The position numbers and the translations under genes are program-made. DNA of 64,000 nucleotides from Terriglobales bacterium (GTDB taxonomy: Bacteria > Acidobacteriota > Terriglobia > Terriglobales > Acidobacteriaceae), in assembly GCA_035623795.1 (NCBI GenBank), contig DASPST010000104.1, positions 5,366-69,365 on the forward strand, in the 5' to 3' direction. Under the pieces are notes generated by a model that was not told the DNA's origin, ran no database searches, and saw only the letters and a list, made by a program, of their open reading frames with translations. Positions 46,682 to 54,907 of the stretch are shown piece by piece; the stretch's first letter is position 1; each line of letters begins with the position of its first letter.

Positions 46682-48592
46682 ATGGCCCCAATTCTGGATA
46701 CCATCAATTCTCCTGCCGATGTTAAGCAGCTTTCCCTCTCCCAGCTGGACCAACTGGCCGCGGAAATCCGCGAAGAGCTGATTACCGTTCTGGCCAAGAC
46801 CGGGGGCCATCTCGGACCCAACCTCGGCGTCGTGGAACTGACCATCGCCCTGCATTACGTGTTCAACACGCCCGCAGACCATTTCGTCTTTGACGTGAGC
46901 CACCAAGCCTATGTTCACAAGTTGCTCACCGGACGGCGCAAGCAGTTCCATACGATTCGAACCCCAGGCGGGTTGAACGGTTTCATGCTGCGCACCGAGA
47001 GTCCGCATGATTGCTATGGAGCCGGTCATGCGGGAACCGCGTTGTCGGCGGCCCTGGGCATGGCCGTCGCCCGGGACCGGGCAGGAGGGAAGGAACATGT
47101 CGTGGCGCTGGCGGGAGACGCGGCCTTCACCTGCGGCATAACGTACGAAGCCCTGAACAACATTGCGCAGCAGACGCGCCGGCTGATCGTCGTCCTCAAC
47201 GATAACGAGTGGTCGATCGACAAGAATGTGGGGGCGATCGCCAGTTACCTCAACCGGATCGTGACCAACCCGCGCTTCGACTACCTGCATGAGCGGGCGG
47301 GTCGGTTCGTGGAGACGATGGGCGGCAAGATCGCGTTGCGCATGGCGCGCAAGGCGGAGGAAGCCGCCAAGAGCATGTTCTGGCCTAGCGTGATCTTCGA
47401 GGAACTGGGCCTGAAATACTACGGTCCGCTGGACGGACACGACATCACGACCCTGATCAAGACCTTCGAGTTTCTCAAGACGCAGCGGCGCCCCGTGTTG
47501 CTGCATGTACTCACTCAAAAAGGCAAGGGCTTCCAGCCCGCCCTAAAGAAACAGAAGAAATTTCATGGCTTGGGGCCTTACGATCCCGAGACGGGCGAAA
47601 CCAAGCCGCTCGGCCGACGCACCTACTCCGAGGTCTTCGCCGACACCCTGGTGAAGCTGGCGGACCTGAACCCGAAGGTTGTGGCCATCACGGCCGCCAT
47701 GCCCAACGGCACGGCTCTCGACCGCTTCCATCCTCATCATCCAGACCGATATTTTGACGTGGGAATCGCCGAGGAACATGCCGTCATCTTTGCCGCCGGG
47801 ATGGCGACCCAGGGGCTCAAACCCTATTGCGCCATCTATTCGACGTTCCTGCAGCGCTCGTTGGACCCTATCCTCCATGACGTGTGCCTGCAGAATCTGC
47901 CGGTGGTGTTCGCCATGGACCGCGGCGGCTTATCCGGCGACGACGGGCCCACTCATCATGGCTTGTTTGACATCAGTTACTTGCGCGGTATCCCCAATAT
48001 CGTGCACATGGTTCCTAAAGATGAGGACGAACTGGCAGACATGCTGTTCACTGCCATGCAGCACAACGGTCCGGTCGCAGTGCGCTACCCGCGGGGAGTC
48101 GGCCCGGGGACGCCGGTGAAGGACGTTCCGCGTGCCATACCGATTGGCAAGGGCGAACTTCTCCAACACGGGGAGAACGACCGCGTGGCCATCTTTGCGC
48201 TGGGAGCGCTGGTGCCGCTGGGGCTCGAGGTGGCCAGGAAGCTGGAAGGGGAAGGTGTCACCAGCGCCGTCGTCAATGCCCGCTTTTGCAAGCCGGTGGA
48301 TATCGAGCTGCTTGAGTTCTACGCGCGCAATGTGGAGGTCATTCTGACCCTGGAGGATCACGTGCTGAAGGGCGGTTTCGGCAGCGCAGTGCTGGAAGAA
48401 TTGAGCAATCTGGGGTTGAGTACCCCGGTGGCGCGCATCGGCTGGCCGGACCGGTTTATCGAGCATGGCAAGCCCGAGGCTCTTCGCGAGAAGTACGGGA
48501 TCACAGCGGCGGCGGCACTGGAGAAGCTACGGCCGTACCTGATTCAGCCGCGAGCCTCGCCGCGACTCACCGTCAGACCTCCGCCGGTTTGA
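46682..48592 (+). CDS. dxs: 1-deoxy-D-xylulose-5-phosphate synthase
   Basis: ILDTINSPADVKQLS, GGHLGPNLGVVELT, DVSHQAYVHKLLTGR and GDAAFTCG signatures. ATG 46682 chosen. Confidence 0.95.
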   Translation: MAPILDTINSPADVKQLSLSQLDQLAAEIREELITVLAKTGGHLGPNLGVVELTIALHYVFNTPADHFVFDVSHQAYVHKLLTGRRKQFHTIRTPGGLNGFMLRTESPHDCYGAGHAGTALSAALGMAVARDRAGGKEHVVALAGDAAFTCGITYEALNNIAQQTRRLIVVLNDNEWSIDKNVGAIASYLNRIVTNPRFDYLHERAGRFVETMGGKIALRMARKAEEAAKSMFWPSVIFEELGLKYYGPLDGHDITTLIKTFEFLKTQRRPVLLHVLTQKGKGFQPALKKQKKFHGLGPYDPETGETKPLGRRTYSEVFADTLVKLADLNPKVVAITAAMPNGTALDRFHPHHPDRYFDVGIAEEHAVIFAAGMATQGLKPYCAIYSTFLQRSLDPILHDVCLQNLPVVFAMDRGGLSGDDGPTHHGLFDISYLRGIPNIVHMVPKDEDELADMLFTAMQHNGPVAVRYPRGVGPGTPVKDVPRAIPIGKGELLQHGENDRVAIFALGALVPLGLEVARKLEGEGVTSAVVNARFCKPVDIELLEFYARNVEVILTLEDHVLKGGFGSAVLEELSNLGLSTPVARIGWPDRFIEHGKPEALREKYGITAAAALEKLRPYLIQPRASPRLTVRPPPV

Positions 48593-48602
48593 GTTTAGGC
48601 CG

Positions 48603-49763
48603 TTAGAAAGGGAGGATGTTCTCCTCCGCAGCATCCATCGGGTGGGACATGCGTTGCTTGCGCAGTTCGCCGAGGAAGAGTTCGGCGGGCAAGGAGGCCT
48701 TGTCGTAGAACAATTCGAGGAGCGGATCATCGATTTCGTGGCCGTCGGGCGCCGCCTTTGAGGGCACATCCGCTTCCGTCTCCAGCCCCTCCGGCTCAAC
48801 CATGAGTTCGGGGATGGCGCCGTCTCCATCGCGGAGAGCGTGAATGAATTTCTCCACCTGATCACGCTGCTCGTCAGTCGTTTGCCGGAACTCGACGCCC
48901 ATTCCAACTTCAGGGTGCATGATGCGCACTACCCCTTCGACGCGAAGTTCGAGCCCGGCGGCGCGCATGCAAATCAGAATCCGGGTGCGCGCCGGAAAGG
49001 GAGAAGACACCTCCAAATAGCATCCCCCCAGACTGAGGTCGGTCAGCTTGCAGCGCACGGGTGGGTCATCCTTCTCATTTTCAGGAGACTGGCTGTTCAA
49101 CCACTGCCGCAGCTGATACGAGATCTCGACCGGAGGACCCACAAAACGGATCCCGATCTGCCCTCCCGGGTTCTGCCAGGCGGCCTCGCCGGCCAGCTCG
49201 AGTTCTCGGGTTGAGCCCGGCAGAGCAAACTTCACTTGCCAGGGGCCGCGGTGCTTCGCGCCATGACGCTTGGGATGTTGCACCGCGATGCCACCCTCGC
49301 TCAAGTCGTTGCTGACCACCTTCTCTTTGAGACCGCTGCTCTGGTTGATCAGGTGAACCGGGACCTGAACTGGAACCCGGGTGTTGCGCCGGCGTTCGCG
49401 CTTCATGAGGGCACGAGCCGCCCGGAAGGCAGCCTTCGCCCGTTCCGGGGAGACCGGTTTGTAGAGGACAAAGTGGGCCCCCATGTCGAAAGCAGAACGC
49501 AAACCCGTGTGCCCGTCCATGATGGCTACGGCAATAGCGCGTTTGTTGCATGGAGCGGTGCGAGCGGTCTTGAGCGCCGTGCTTGCGGTTTTCAGGTCGG
49601 TGCAATCGACGATGACGGCTTCAAAACGCAGCCGGGTAAGCTTGCGGATTGCGCTTTCGGGTTCGCTGCAGTGGTCGATGCCGATCTCCAACTCGCTGAG
49701 GACACGCCGCAAAAGGCGGACAATCTTCTCATCGGAGCACAGCACGAGTGACTTCAGACTCAT
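48603..49763 (-). CDS. response-regulator receiver (REC) plus tandem PilZ domain protein (paralog of 532-1668)
   Basis: VLCSDE, AVIVDCTD and VLYKPV mark the REC domain. RRRNTR ... DLSEGG mark PilZ-1, and KLTDLSLGGCYLE marks PilZ-2. It shares the C-terminal tail IDDPLLELF....LP.E.FLGELRKQR. Confidence 0.8.
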   Translation of the reverse strand: MSLKSLVLCSDEKIVRLLRRVLSELEIGIDHCSEPESAIRKLTRLRFEAVIVDCTDLKTASTALKTARTAPCNKRAIAVAIMDGHTGLRSAFDMGAHFVLYKPVSPERAKAAFRAARALMKRERRRNTRVPVQVPVHLINQSSGLKEKVVSNDLSEGGIAVQHPKRHGAKHRGPWQVKFALPGSTRELELAGEAAWQNPGGQIGIRFVGPPVEISYQLRQWLNSQSPENEKDDPPVRCKLTDLSLGGCYLEVSSPFPARTRILICMRAAGLELRVEGVVRIMHPEVGMGVEFRQTTDEQRDQVEKFIHALRDGDGAIPELMVEPEGLETEADVPSKAAPDGHEIDDPLLELFYDKASLPAELFLGELRKQRMSHPMDAAEENILPF

Positions 49764-49804
49764 AACGCAGGCTTTCAGGCTCGCGGTTGCAGCCGGCCGG
49801 CTGC

Positions 49805-49969
49805 TCAGCCCCGGCCAGGCGGAATGTCTTTCTCTTCTTCCTCATCCGCATCGAGCAGGTGGGCGACGTTGCGCAACTGCTCGGCAGCTGTCTGGAGGGC
49901 TTCGATCTGCTTTCCCAACTCGGCCTGCTGGGCTTGTTTCCTACGCAACACCTCGTGAATATCTCTCAA
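49805..49969 (-). CDS. small coiled-coil protein with acidic tail (small-partner family, copy 2; 54 aa, TTG start)
   Basis: GGGAGG lies 5 nt before the TTG. Product: (M)RDIHEVLRRKQAQQAELGKQIEALQTAAEQLRNVAHLLDADEEEEKDIPPGRG. By hand alignment, 32 of the first 47 residues are identical to 226-498. It is below the ORF-track cutoff. Confidence 0.55.
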   Translation of the reverse strand: MRDIHEVLRRKQAQQAELGKQIEALQTAAEQLRNVAHLLDADEEEEKDIPPGRG

Positions 49970-49987
49970 GAGCGCCTCCCGAAGGCC

Positions 49988-50016
49988 ACTGTACGGTGGG
50001 GTGCCAAGGGAGTCAA
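49988..50016 (-). promoter_or_regulatory. candidate sigma70-type promoter of the 49969-48603 module
   Basis: On the minus strand: TTGACT, 17 nt, TACAGT. Confidence 0.4.
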
Positions 50017-50174
50017 TGAAGGTCCCTTGCCCTCAGGTTACGGCCGTAATAGGCTGAAGGCCAGGAGTTCGTGAAGGCGCCGTCGAGTTCACAATGACGG
50101 TGATGTATTTCGTCTAACCTATTGCTGGGTAATGACTTAGTTTTTTGACGCCGGCGTTTGAGGTAAGAATCGCA

Positions 50175-50203
50175 TTGACTTTAAGGCAGAAATAGCCTAG
50201 TAT
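50175..50203 (+). promoter_or_regulatory. near-consensus sigma70-type promoter
   Basis: TTGACT (50175-50180), 17 nt, TAGTAT (50198-50203), in an AT-richer spacer. It would give a leader of about 150 nt before the ATG at 50360. Confidence 0.5.
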
Positions 50204-50359
50204 CTGTAGTTTCCGAAACCCAGTGAGCTGCCGTGCTGTAGGGCAGTGGCTTTCTGTCTAGCTGGCGTTTTCCTGTGAATCCCAGCCAAGGTCCAAGGAA
50301 TCTAAGCGTTAGAGCGTGTTTTCCTAGGCGTTAATTTCAGCAAACGAGGCGTAATTTTC

Positions 50360-50587
50360 ATGGCAAAGCGACGCGGCAACCCGAATTGGGGTAAGCCGGA
50401 GCCCATCGGGCCGATTACCCCCACCGTCACCGAGTTCGAACAGGTGGTGCGTGAATACAAACTCTCCCCCGACCAATATTTGCGGTCGACGCGTTTGCGG
50501 GAGTGGGCACGGCGAAACAAGAACTCGAAGTACATCCCCGAACCGCTGTTGGAAGCCTGGGGCTTCGAGATCGAGTCCACTCTGTAA
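50360..50587 (+). CDS. small basic hypothetical protein (75 aa)
   Basis: MAKRRGNPNWGKPEPIGP... It has its own promoter-like boxes and is followed by a clean terminator. No family recognised. Confidence 0.55.
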   Translation: MAKRRGNPNWGKPEPIGPITPTVTEFEQVVREYKLSPDQYLRSTRLREWARRNKNSKYIPEPLLEAWGFEIESTL

Positions 50588-50607
50588 CGATTCGGAGGTT
50601 TCAGACG

Positions 50608-50634
50608 GGGGCCGCCCGCGTGGCGGCCCTTTTT
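50608..50634 (+). terminator. rho-independent terminator
   Basis: GGGCCGCC, 5-nt loop, GGCGGCCC, followed by TTTTT. Confidence 0.75.
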
Positions 50635-50700
50635 CTTGGCTGGGTAACGGGCTTATGCTTGGGGACGGCGATTGCCAACAAGGTCGCTCGTGAAGGCGTC

Positions 50701-51330
50701 ATGCTGCAAGCGGTCAAAATTCCGCCCACCGACCTGGTTGCTGGCCTAGTGGCGGTCAGCTTCGCGGCGGGCCTCAACATCTACGCGACCGTGGCCACAC
50801 TCGGTCTGCTAGCCCGTAGCGGAGTGCTACCGCTGCCTGTGCCTTTGCACCTCCTGGCCAGTGGGTGGGTCATCGGGGCCAGCGTGGCGCTGTTCCTGGT
50901 GGAGTTTTTCGCCGACAAGGTACCGGCATTCGACCTGATCTGGAATGCGCTGCACACTTTTGTGCGGGTGCCGGTGGCAGCGTTGCTAGCTTACGGCGCG
51001 ACGTCCCAGCTTTCGCCGGAGAAGCAACTGCTGGCAACGCTGCTGGGGGGAGCCATTGCGCTGGCCGCCCATGGGGGCAAGACTGCGGTGCGGGCGGCGG
51101 TGACCCCTTCGCCCGAGCCGATCTCCAATCTCTCGTTGAGCCTGGGCGAAGATGTCCTGGCTGTGTTTCTGACCTGGTTTGCGACGGCGCATCCTTACCT
51201 GGCAGCTGCGATCACGGCGGCTTTTCTGCTCGTAATTGCAGTTGTGGTTCGTTTCGTGGTGCGGGCCTTGCGGGCGTTGTTCCGCGGAGCTGAAAGCGAA
51301 CTTGTGCACAAAGTTCCGGCGACACGATAA
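50701..51330 (+). CDS. DUF4126-like integral membrane protein
   Basis: ATG 50701. Hydrophobic throughout, with AAGLNIYATVATLGLL and FFADKVPAFD motifs reminiscent of DUF4126. Confidence 0.65.
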   Translation: MLQAVKIPPTDLVAGLVAVSFAAGLNIYATVATLGLLARSGVLPLPVPLHLLASGWVIGASVALFLVEFFADKVPAFDLIWNALHTFVRVPVAALLAYGATSQLSPEKQLLATLLGGAIALAAHGGKTAVRAAVTPSPEPISNLSLSLGEDVLAVFLTWFATAHPYLAAAITAAFLLVIAVVVRFVVRALRALFRGAESELVHKVPATR

Positions 51331-51531
51331 CGGAAGCGGGAGAGCCTTATTGCCAGCAACTTCCGGCTGCCGCGAGTGTCAAGTTCGTTGAAGAATCGTT
51401 GGGGGGATGAAGGCGTACCCCGGGGGCTGAAGCCCCAATTCGTAGGCGCTCGGTTTGGCGCAGCCGAGGGTAGGCCCCTTCGAAAACGCCATTCGCATAT
51501 TCAGTGGACTTTGGTTGCAACGAGACCCTCT

Positions 51532-52701
51532 ATGAGTAACCCTTTCCCCTTCACTGATGTTCCGACGGCCATCGCAGAGGTTCGCGCGGGTCGCATGATC
51601 GTTGTGGTGGACGATGAAGACCGCGAGAACGAAGGCGATCTGACCCTGGCCGCGGAGAAGGTCACCCCAGAAGCCATCAATTTCATGGCCAAACACGGTC
51701 GCGGGCTGGTCTGCCTGGCCATGACAGAAGAGCGTCTGGAACACCTGCGCATCGGCCCCATGACGGCGGAGAATACGTCGAACTACGGAACCGCGTTTTG
51801 TGAGGCCATCGACGCCCGCCAGGGGATCACGACGGGGATTTCCGCCTATGACCGCTCCCGCACCATTCTGACGGCAATTGATCCGGCCACGCGGCCCGCC
51901 GACTTGGCGCGTCCGGGACACGTCTTCCCTCTGCGTGCCCGTAAGGGAGGCGTCCTGGTACGCGCTGGGCAGACCGAGGCCGCGGTCGACCTGGCGCGCC
52001 TAGCCGGGCTGGTGCCGGCTGGGGTCATCTGCGAAATCATGAAAGACGACGGGACCATGGCTCGGGTTCCGGATCTGGCAGAGTTCTGCCAGAACCACGA
52101 ACTCAAGATGCTGACCGTGGCCGAACTGATCCGCTACCGCATGGCCCATGAGCGCTACGTGCATCGCGTGGGCGAGGCCATGGTGGGTACCCGGCACGGT
52201 GAGTTCCAGCTGATTGCTTATGAGAGCGAGGTCGATGGCGGCGAATCCCACGTTGCGCTGATCCGGGGAGAACTCGGGAGGGGCAGCGAGCCGGTGCTGG
52301 TGCGCATGCACTCGCACTGCGTGATGGGGGATGTGTTCGGCTCCACAGCGTGCGACTGCCACGCCAGCATCGAGGGCTCCCTGCGGGCGATCGCTGAAGA
52401 GGGCCGGGGCGCTCTCATTTACCTGCACTTGACATCCAAAGGGTTTTCCATTGACCGCATTGCGGAGCGCACAGTTCTTACCTTTCACCGGGACCGTACC
52501 CTGCCCACGCTGCCCGAAAGCGAACGGAAGACCCAGCGCGAGATCGGCATTGGAGCGCAGATCCTTTCCGATCTGAATCTGCAGCGTATCCGGCTGCTGA
52601 CCAACCACCCCAGGAGGGTGGCAGCCCTGGAAGGATTTGGGATCGAGATCGTCGAGCACGTGCCGATTCCAGCGGCACGGGAGAAGCTTCGTCGGGCTTG
52701 A
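51532..52701 (+). CDS. ribBA: bifunctional 3,4-dihydroxy-2-butanone-4-phosphate synthase / GTP cyclohydrolase II-like protein
   Basis: The DHBPS half has [13 protein letters not shown] and GHVFPL. The GCHII half keeps the Zn Cys triad (HSHC...CDC) but replaces the QEGRGIGL.NK..AY block with [15 protein letters not shown]. Confidence 0.85.
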   Translation: MSNPFPFTDVPTAIAEVRAGRMIVVVDDEDRENEGDLTLAAEKVTPEAINFMAKHGRGLVCLAMTEERLEHLRIGPMTAENTSNYGTAFCEAIDARQGITTGISAYDRSRTILTAIDPATRPADLARPGHVFPLRARKGGVLVRAGQTEAAVDLARLAGLVPAGVICEIMKDDGTMARVPDLAEFCQNHELKMLTVAELIRYRMAHERYVHRVGEAMVGTRHGEFQLIAYESEVDGGESHVALIRGELGRGSEPVLVRMHSHCVMGDVFGSTACDCHASIEGSLRAIAEEGRGALIYLHLTSKGFSIDRIAERTVLTFHRDRTLPTLPESERKTQREIGIGAQILSDLNLQRIRLLTNHPRRVAALEGFGIEIVEHVPIPAAREKLRRA

Positions 52702-52737
52702 GAGAGAGCGCCAGAGTACGAGTTCTTCGCACCCGAC

Positions 52738-53001
52738 TCAGACCGGTTTTCTGGGAAGGATCTCGCTTTCGCGAATGAAGAACTGGGCGGAGCATTCATT
52801 GGAGCCGCAGATTACCGCCAGTAGACCAGCCATTTGTTTACGCGTGACCAATCCAAGCGTTCCACAAGAGGGACAGGACAGCACCGCCCAGTAGGGATCT
52901 TCCTTTTCGCCGACTTCCCCAGCATTCTCCAGGACGAACAGAGTTCCGGGAAGCATCTGCTCAGGAATCCATTCGCTCAGGATGTCGAGCTCTGCCCTCA
53001 T
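52738..53001 (-). CDS. small zinc-ribbon-like protein (87 aa, hypothetical)
   Basis: AAGGGGG precedes ATG 53001. CPSCG ... CGSNEC forms a four-Cys motif. It lies 25 nt downstream of the MerR gene on the same strand. Confidence 0.5.
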   Translation of the reverse strand: MRAELDILSEWIPEQMLPGTLFVLENAGEVGEKEDPYWAVLSCPSCGTLGLVTRKQMAGLLAVICGSNECSAQFFIRESEILPRKPV

Positions 53002-53026
53002 ATTCGCCCCCTTGATGCAAATCCAG

Positions 53027-53509
53027 CTATGAGGCCGGTCTACGGCTGGCCCTCCGCGACCGGCCAGGTCCGGCCACTGACCCGCTGCGCTTCTTGCCCT
53101 CGAGGATCCCGGCCCGGACGCGGCGCAGGGCATCGCTGATACAGACCACCAACATAGGCTGGTTGGCGTTCTCGAGGATGTCGACGATCTGCTGGGGCGA
53201 AGTCTCCAGGTAAAGGGTCCTGCCGTCGGTAAGCAGATGGTAATTGGAGGCTCCCGTAATGGTTGCCGCCAGGCGGCTGCCGAATTGCCGCTGCAGGAGG
53301 TTAATGACTTTGCGTACCCGCTGCAGAGAAAACCCGCGGCGACGGAGCTCGCAGATCACCGCTACCTCGGAAAGATCATCGAGGGAGTAAATTCGTTTGT
53401 GCCCCCGGCGATCAGGAACGACAACTCCCCGTTCGTCCCACCATTGCAGCTGGCGCGGGGTGATACGCGTGAGGGCGATGACATCCCGGGATGTGAACTC
53501 AGTCTTCAT
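53027..53509 (-). CDS. MerR family transcriptional regulator
   Basis: FTSRDVIALTRITPRQLQWWDERGVVVPDRR..HKRIYSLDDL forms the MerR HTH. The C-terminal domain of about 90 aa is uncharacterised. ATG 53509 chosen. Confidence 0.8.
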   Translation of the reverse strand: MKTEFTSRDVIALTRITPRQLQWWDERGVVVPDRRGHKRIYSLDDLSEVAVICELRRRGFSLQRVRKVINLLQRQFGSRLAATITGASNYHLLTDGRTLYLETSPQQIVDILENANQPMLVVCISDALRRVRAGILEGKKRSGSVAGPGRSRRASRRPAS

Positions 53510-53521
53510 TTCTCGGCACAG

Positions 53522-53558
53522 ATGTTTCAAACATGTTTGTTGGAAATGTTTGAAACAT
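53522..53558. promoter_or_regulatory. double palindromic operator upstream of the MerR gene
   Basis: ATGTTTCAAACAT (53522-53534) and ATGTTTGAAACAT (53546-53558). Each is a 6+1+6 palindrome, with centres 24 bp apart, starting 13 nt upstream of the MerR ATG. Confidence 0.55.
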
Positions 53559-53819
53559 TGTAGGCCCGGATTGGGGGCTGTCAAGGAAGAGTGTTTGGGA
53601 GGCTTGTTGACTACTGGAGTTCGGGCGAGGGGCAGAGCCGGAGCACTGCAGCTCAGTTCGGCTCTGCCTCACTACTGCTTGGCGGCTAATAAGGGCGCTG
53701 GTTCTTTGATGGTGGCCGCGATGCCCACCGTCCGACCGTGGATCTCAGGAACAGATCTGGGGTCGTAGACGCTGCTTTCCGAGGTCTGGGGGCTGAGATA
53801 CTTCGGTTGCCTGGTCGGT

Positions 53820-54053
53820 CTACCGAATCCTGTTGTTCGGAATTCCTCCGCCCGCACCACCGCCCACGAACTGGACGATCTCCAGTCGATCTCCCTCTGA
53901 CAACTGTCGGGCCGGCCACTGGTCGCGGGGCACGATGTCCAGGTTGAGTTCCACTGCGACTCGGTCGGTCTTCATGCCCAAGCGTTGGACCAGTGCTGCC
54001 AAGGTAAGCGGAGCGTCGAAACTCCGTTCTTCCCCGTTGATGATGATGTTCAT
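53820..54053 (-). CDS. thiS: ThiS/MoaD-like sulfur-carrier protein with C-terminal extension
   Basis: The first 66 residues, MNIIINGEERSFDAPLTLAALVQRLG...GDRLEIVQFVGGG, have canonical ThiS length and Gly-Gly end. The ORF continues with AGGGIPNNRIR before the stop. Confidence 0.75.
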   Translation of the reverse strand: MNIIINGEERSFDAPLTLAALVQRLGMKTDRVAVELNLDIVPRDQWPARQLSEGDRLEIVQFVGGGAGGGIPNNRIR

Positions 54054-54176
54054 CCCGTACGATCTTCGCAAGCGGGTGGGGATAGGCGCAAGTGCGGGCG
54101 GGTGCAGAGAAAGTCGATGTGCGAACCTCAGCGCCAGCGCAGAAAAAAGCTGCGGCGAGGCTGAAAGCTAGCTTGC

Positions 54177-54764
54177 CTATTCGACTCGGCGCAGACGGAA
54201 TTTTCGGGTCGCCGTTCTGCCCGCGAGGCTGGCTTGCACCAGCACCGAGGAGTCGAGAAGAGCGGTCTCTTCCAGTTCGATCTTCATTTCGGCGCTGCCA
54301 GTGGAGTCAGAGATGGCCTGGGTGTAAAAAGGTGTGGCATCAGGGCGCGCGAAACGAAAGGTGAGACGGGCTCCCACGGCCGGCTCCCCACCTTCGGTGA
54401 CCCGCACACGCATGACCAGCATGCGATCGCTATGAACCGAATCGGCGTTGACCCACTGGAGGTCTAATTCCTTCACCGTTGCCAGGGTCTCTGGAGTCTC
54501 CCGGCGGTCGAGAATACTCTCCAGCCGGCTTTCCCGAATTGCATCGAGCACCAAGCGATGCTGGTCGCGCAGCATCTGCTCTTTCTGCTGATCGGTAAAC
54601 TGGCCGCTGGACAGTCGCTCGGCGTACGATACCGCCCGTTTGCCGATGCAGCGGCCCCGAACGAACACCTGGGTCTGGAGCACGAGCTCGTTTTCACGTG
54701 CTTCGCTCTGCACGTGGTAGACGGTATCTCCTTGTTTCACGTCCGTATTGAAACCGAAAATCAT
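54177..54764 (-). CDS. hypothetical protein (two-domain; N-terminal MIFGFNTDVKQGDTVYHVQSE module)
   Basis: Long ORF with coding-like composition. The start is uncertain (ATG 54764 or GTG 54806). No family assigned. Confidence 0.5.
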   Translation of the reverse strand: MIFGFNTDVKQGDTVYHVQSEARENELVLQTQVFVRGRCIGKRAVSYAERLSSGQFTDQQKEQMLRDQHRLVLDAIRESRLESILDRRETPETLATVKELDLQWVNADSVHSDRMLVMRVRVTEGGEPAVGARLTFRFARPDATPFYTQAISDSTGSAEMKIELEETALLDSSVLVQASLAGRTATRKFRLRRVE

Positions 54765-54907
54765 GCCAGCCCGACTGAAGAGGTTCGACGAAAAAACCGA
54801 GCGCACTCCCGCACTGTGCAGCGGCCGCCTCGCTTGACAGTGCTGATCATGAACTCTAATCTAGAACTTTTAAGCCACACTTGGCGCGAATTATATATAG
54901 CTCCGTC

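Noticed and set aside
51331-51531. Looked for an FMN (RFN) riboswitch upstream of ribBA
   Set aside because: Hairpins are present (GGGGC-TGAA-GCCCC, CTCGG...CCGAG), but I could not find the conserved RFN core segments. An Rfam scan would be decisive.
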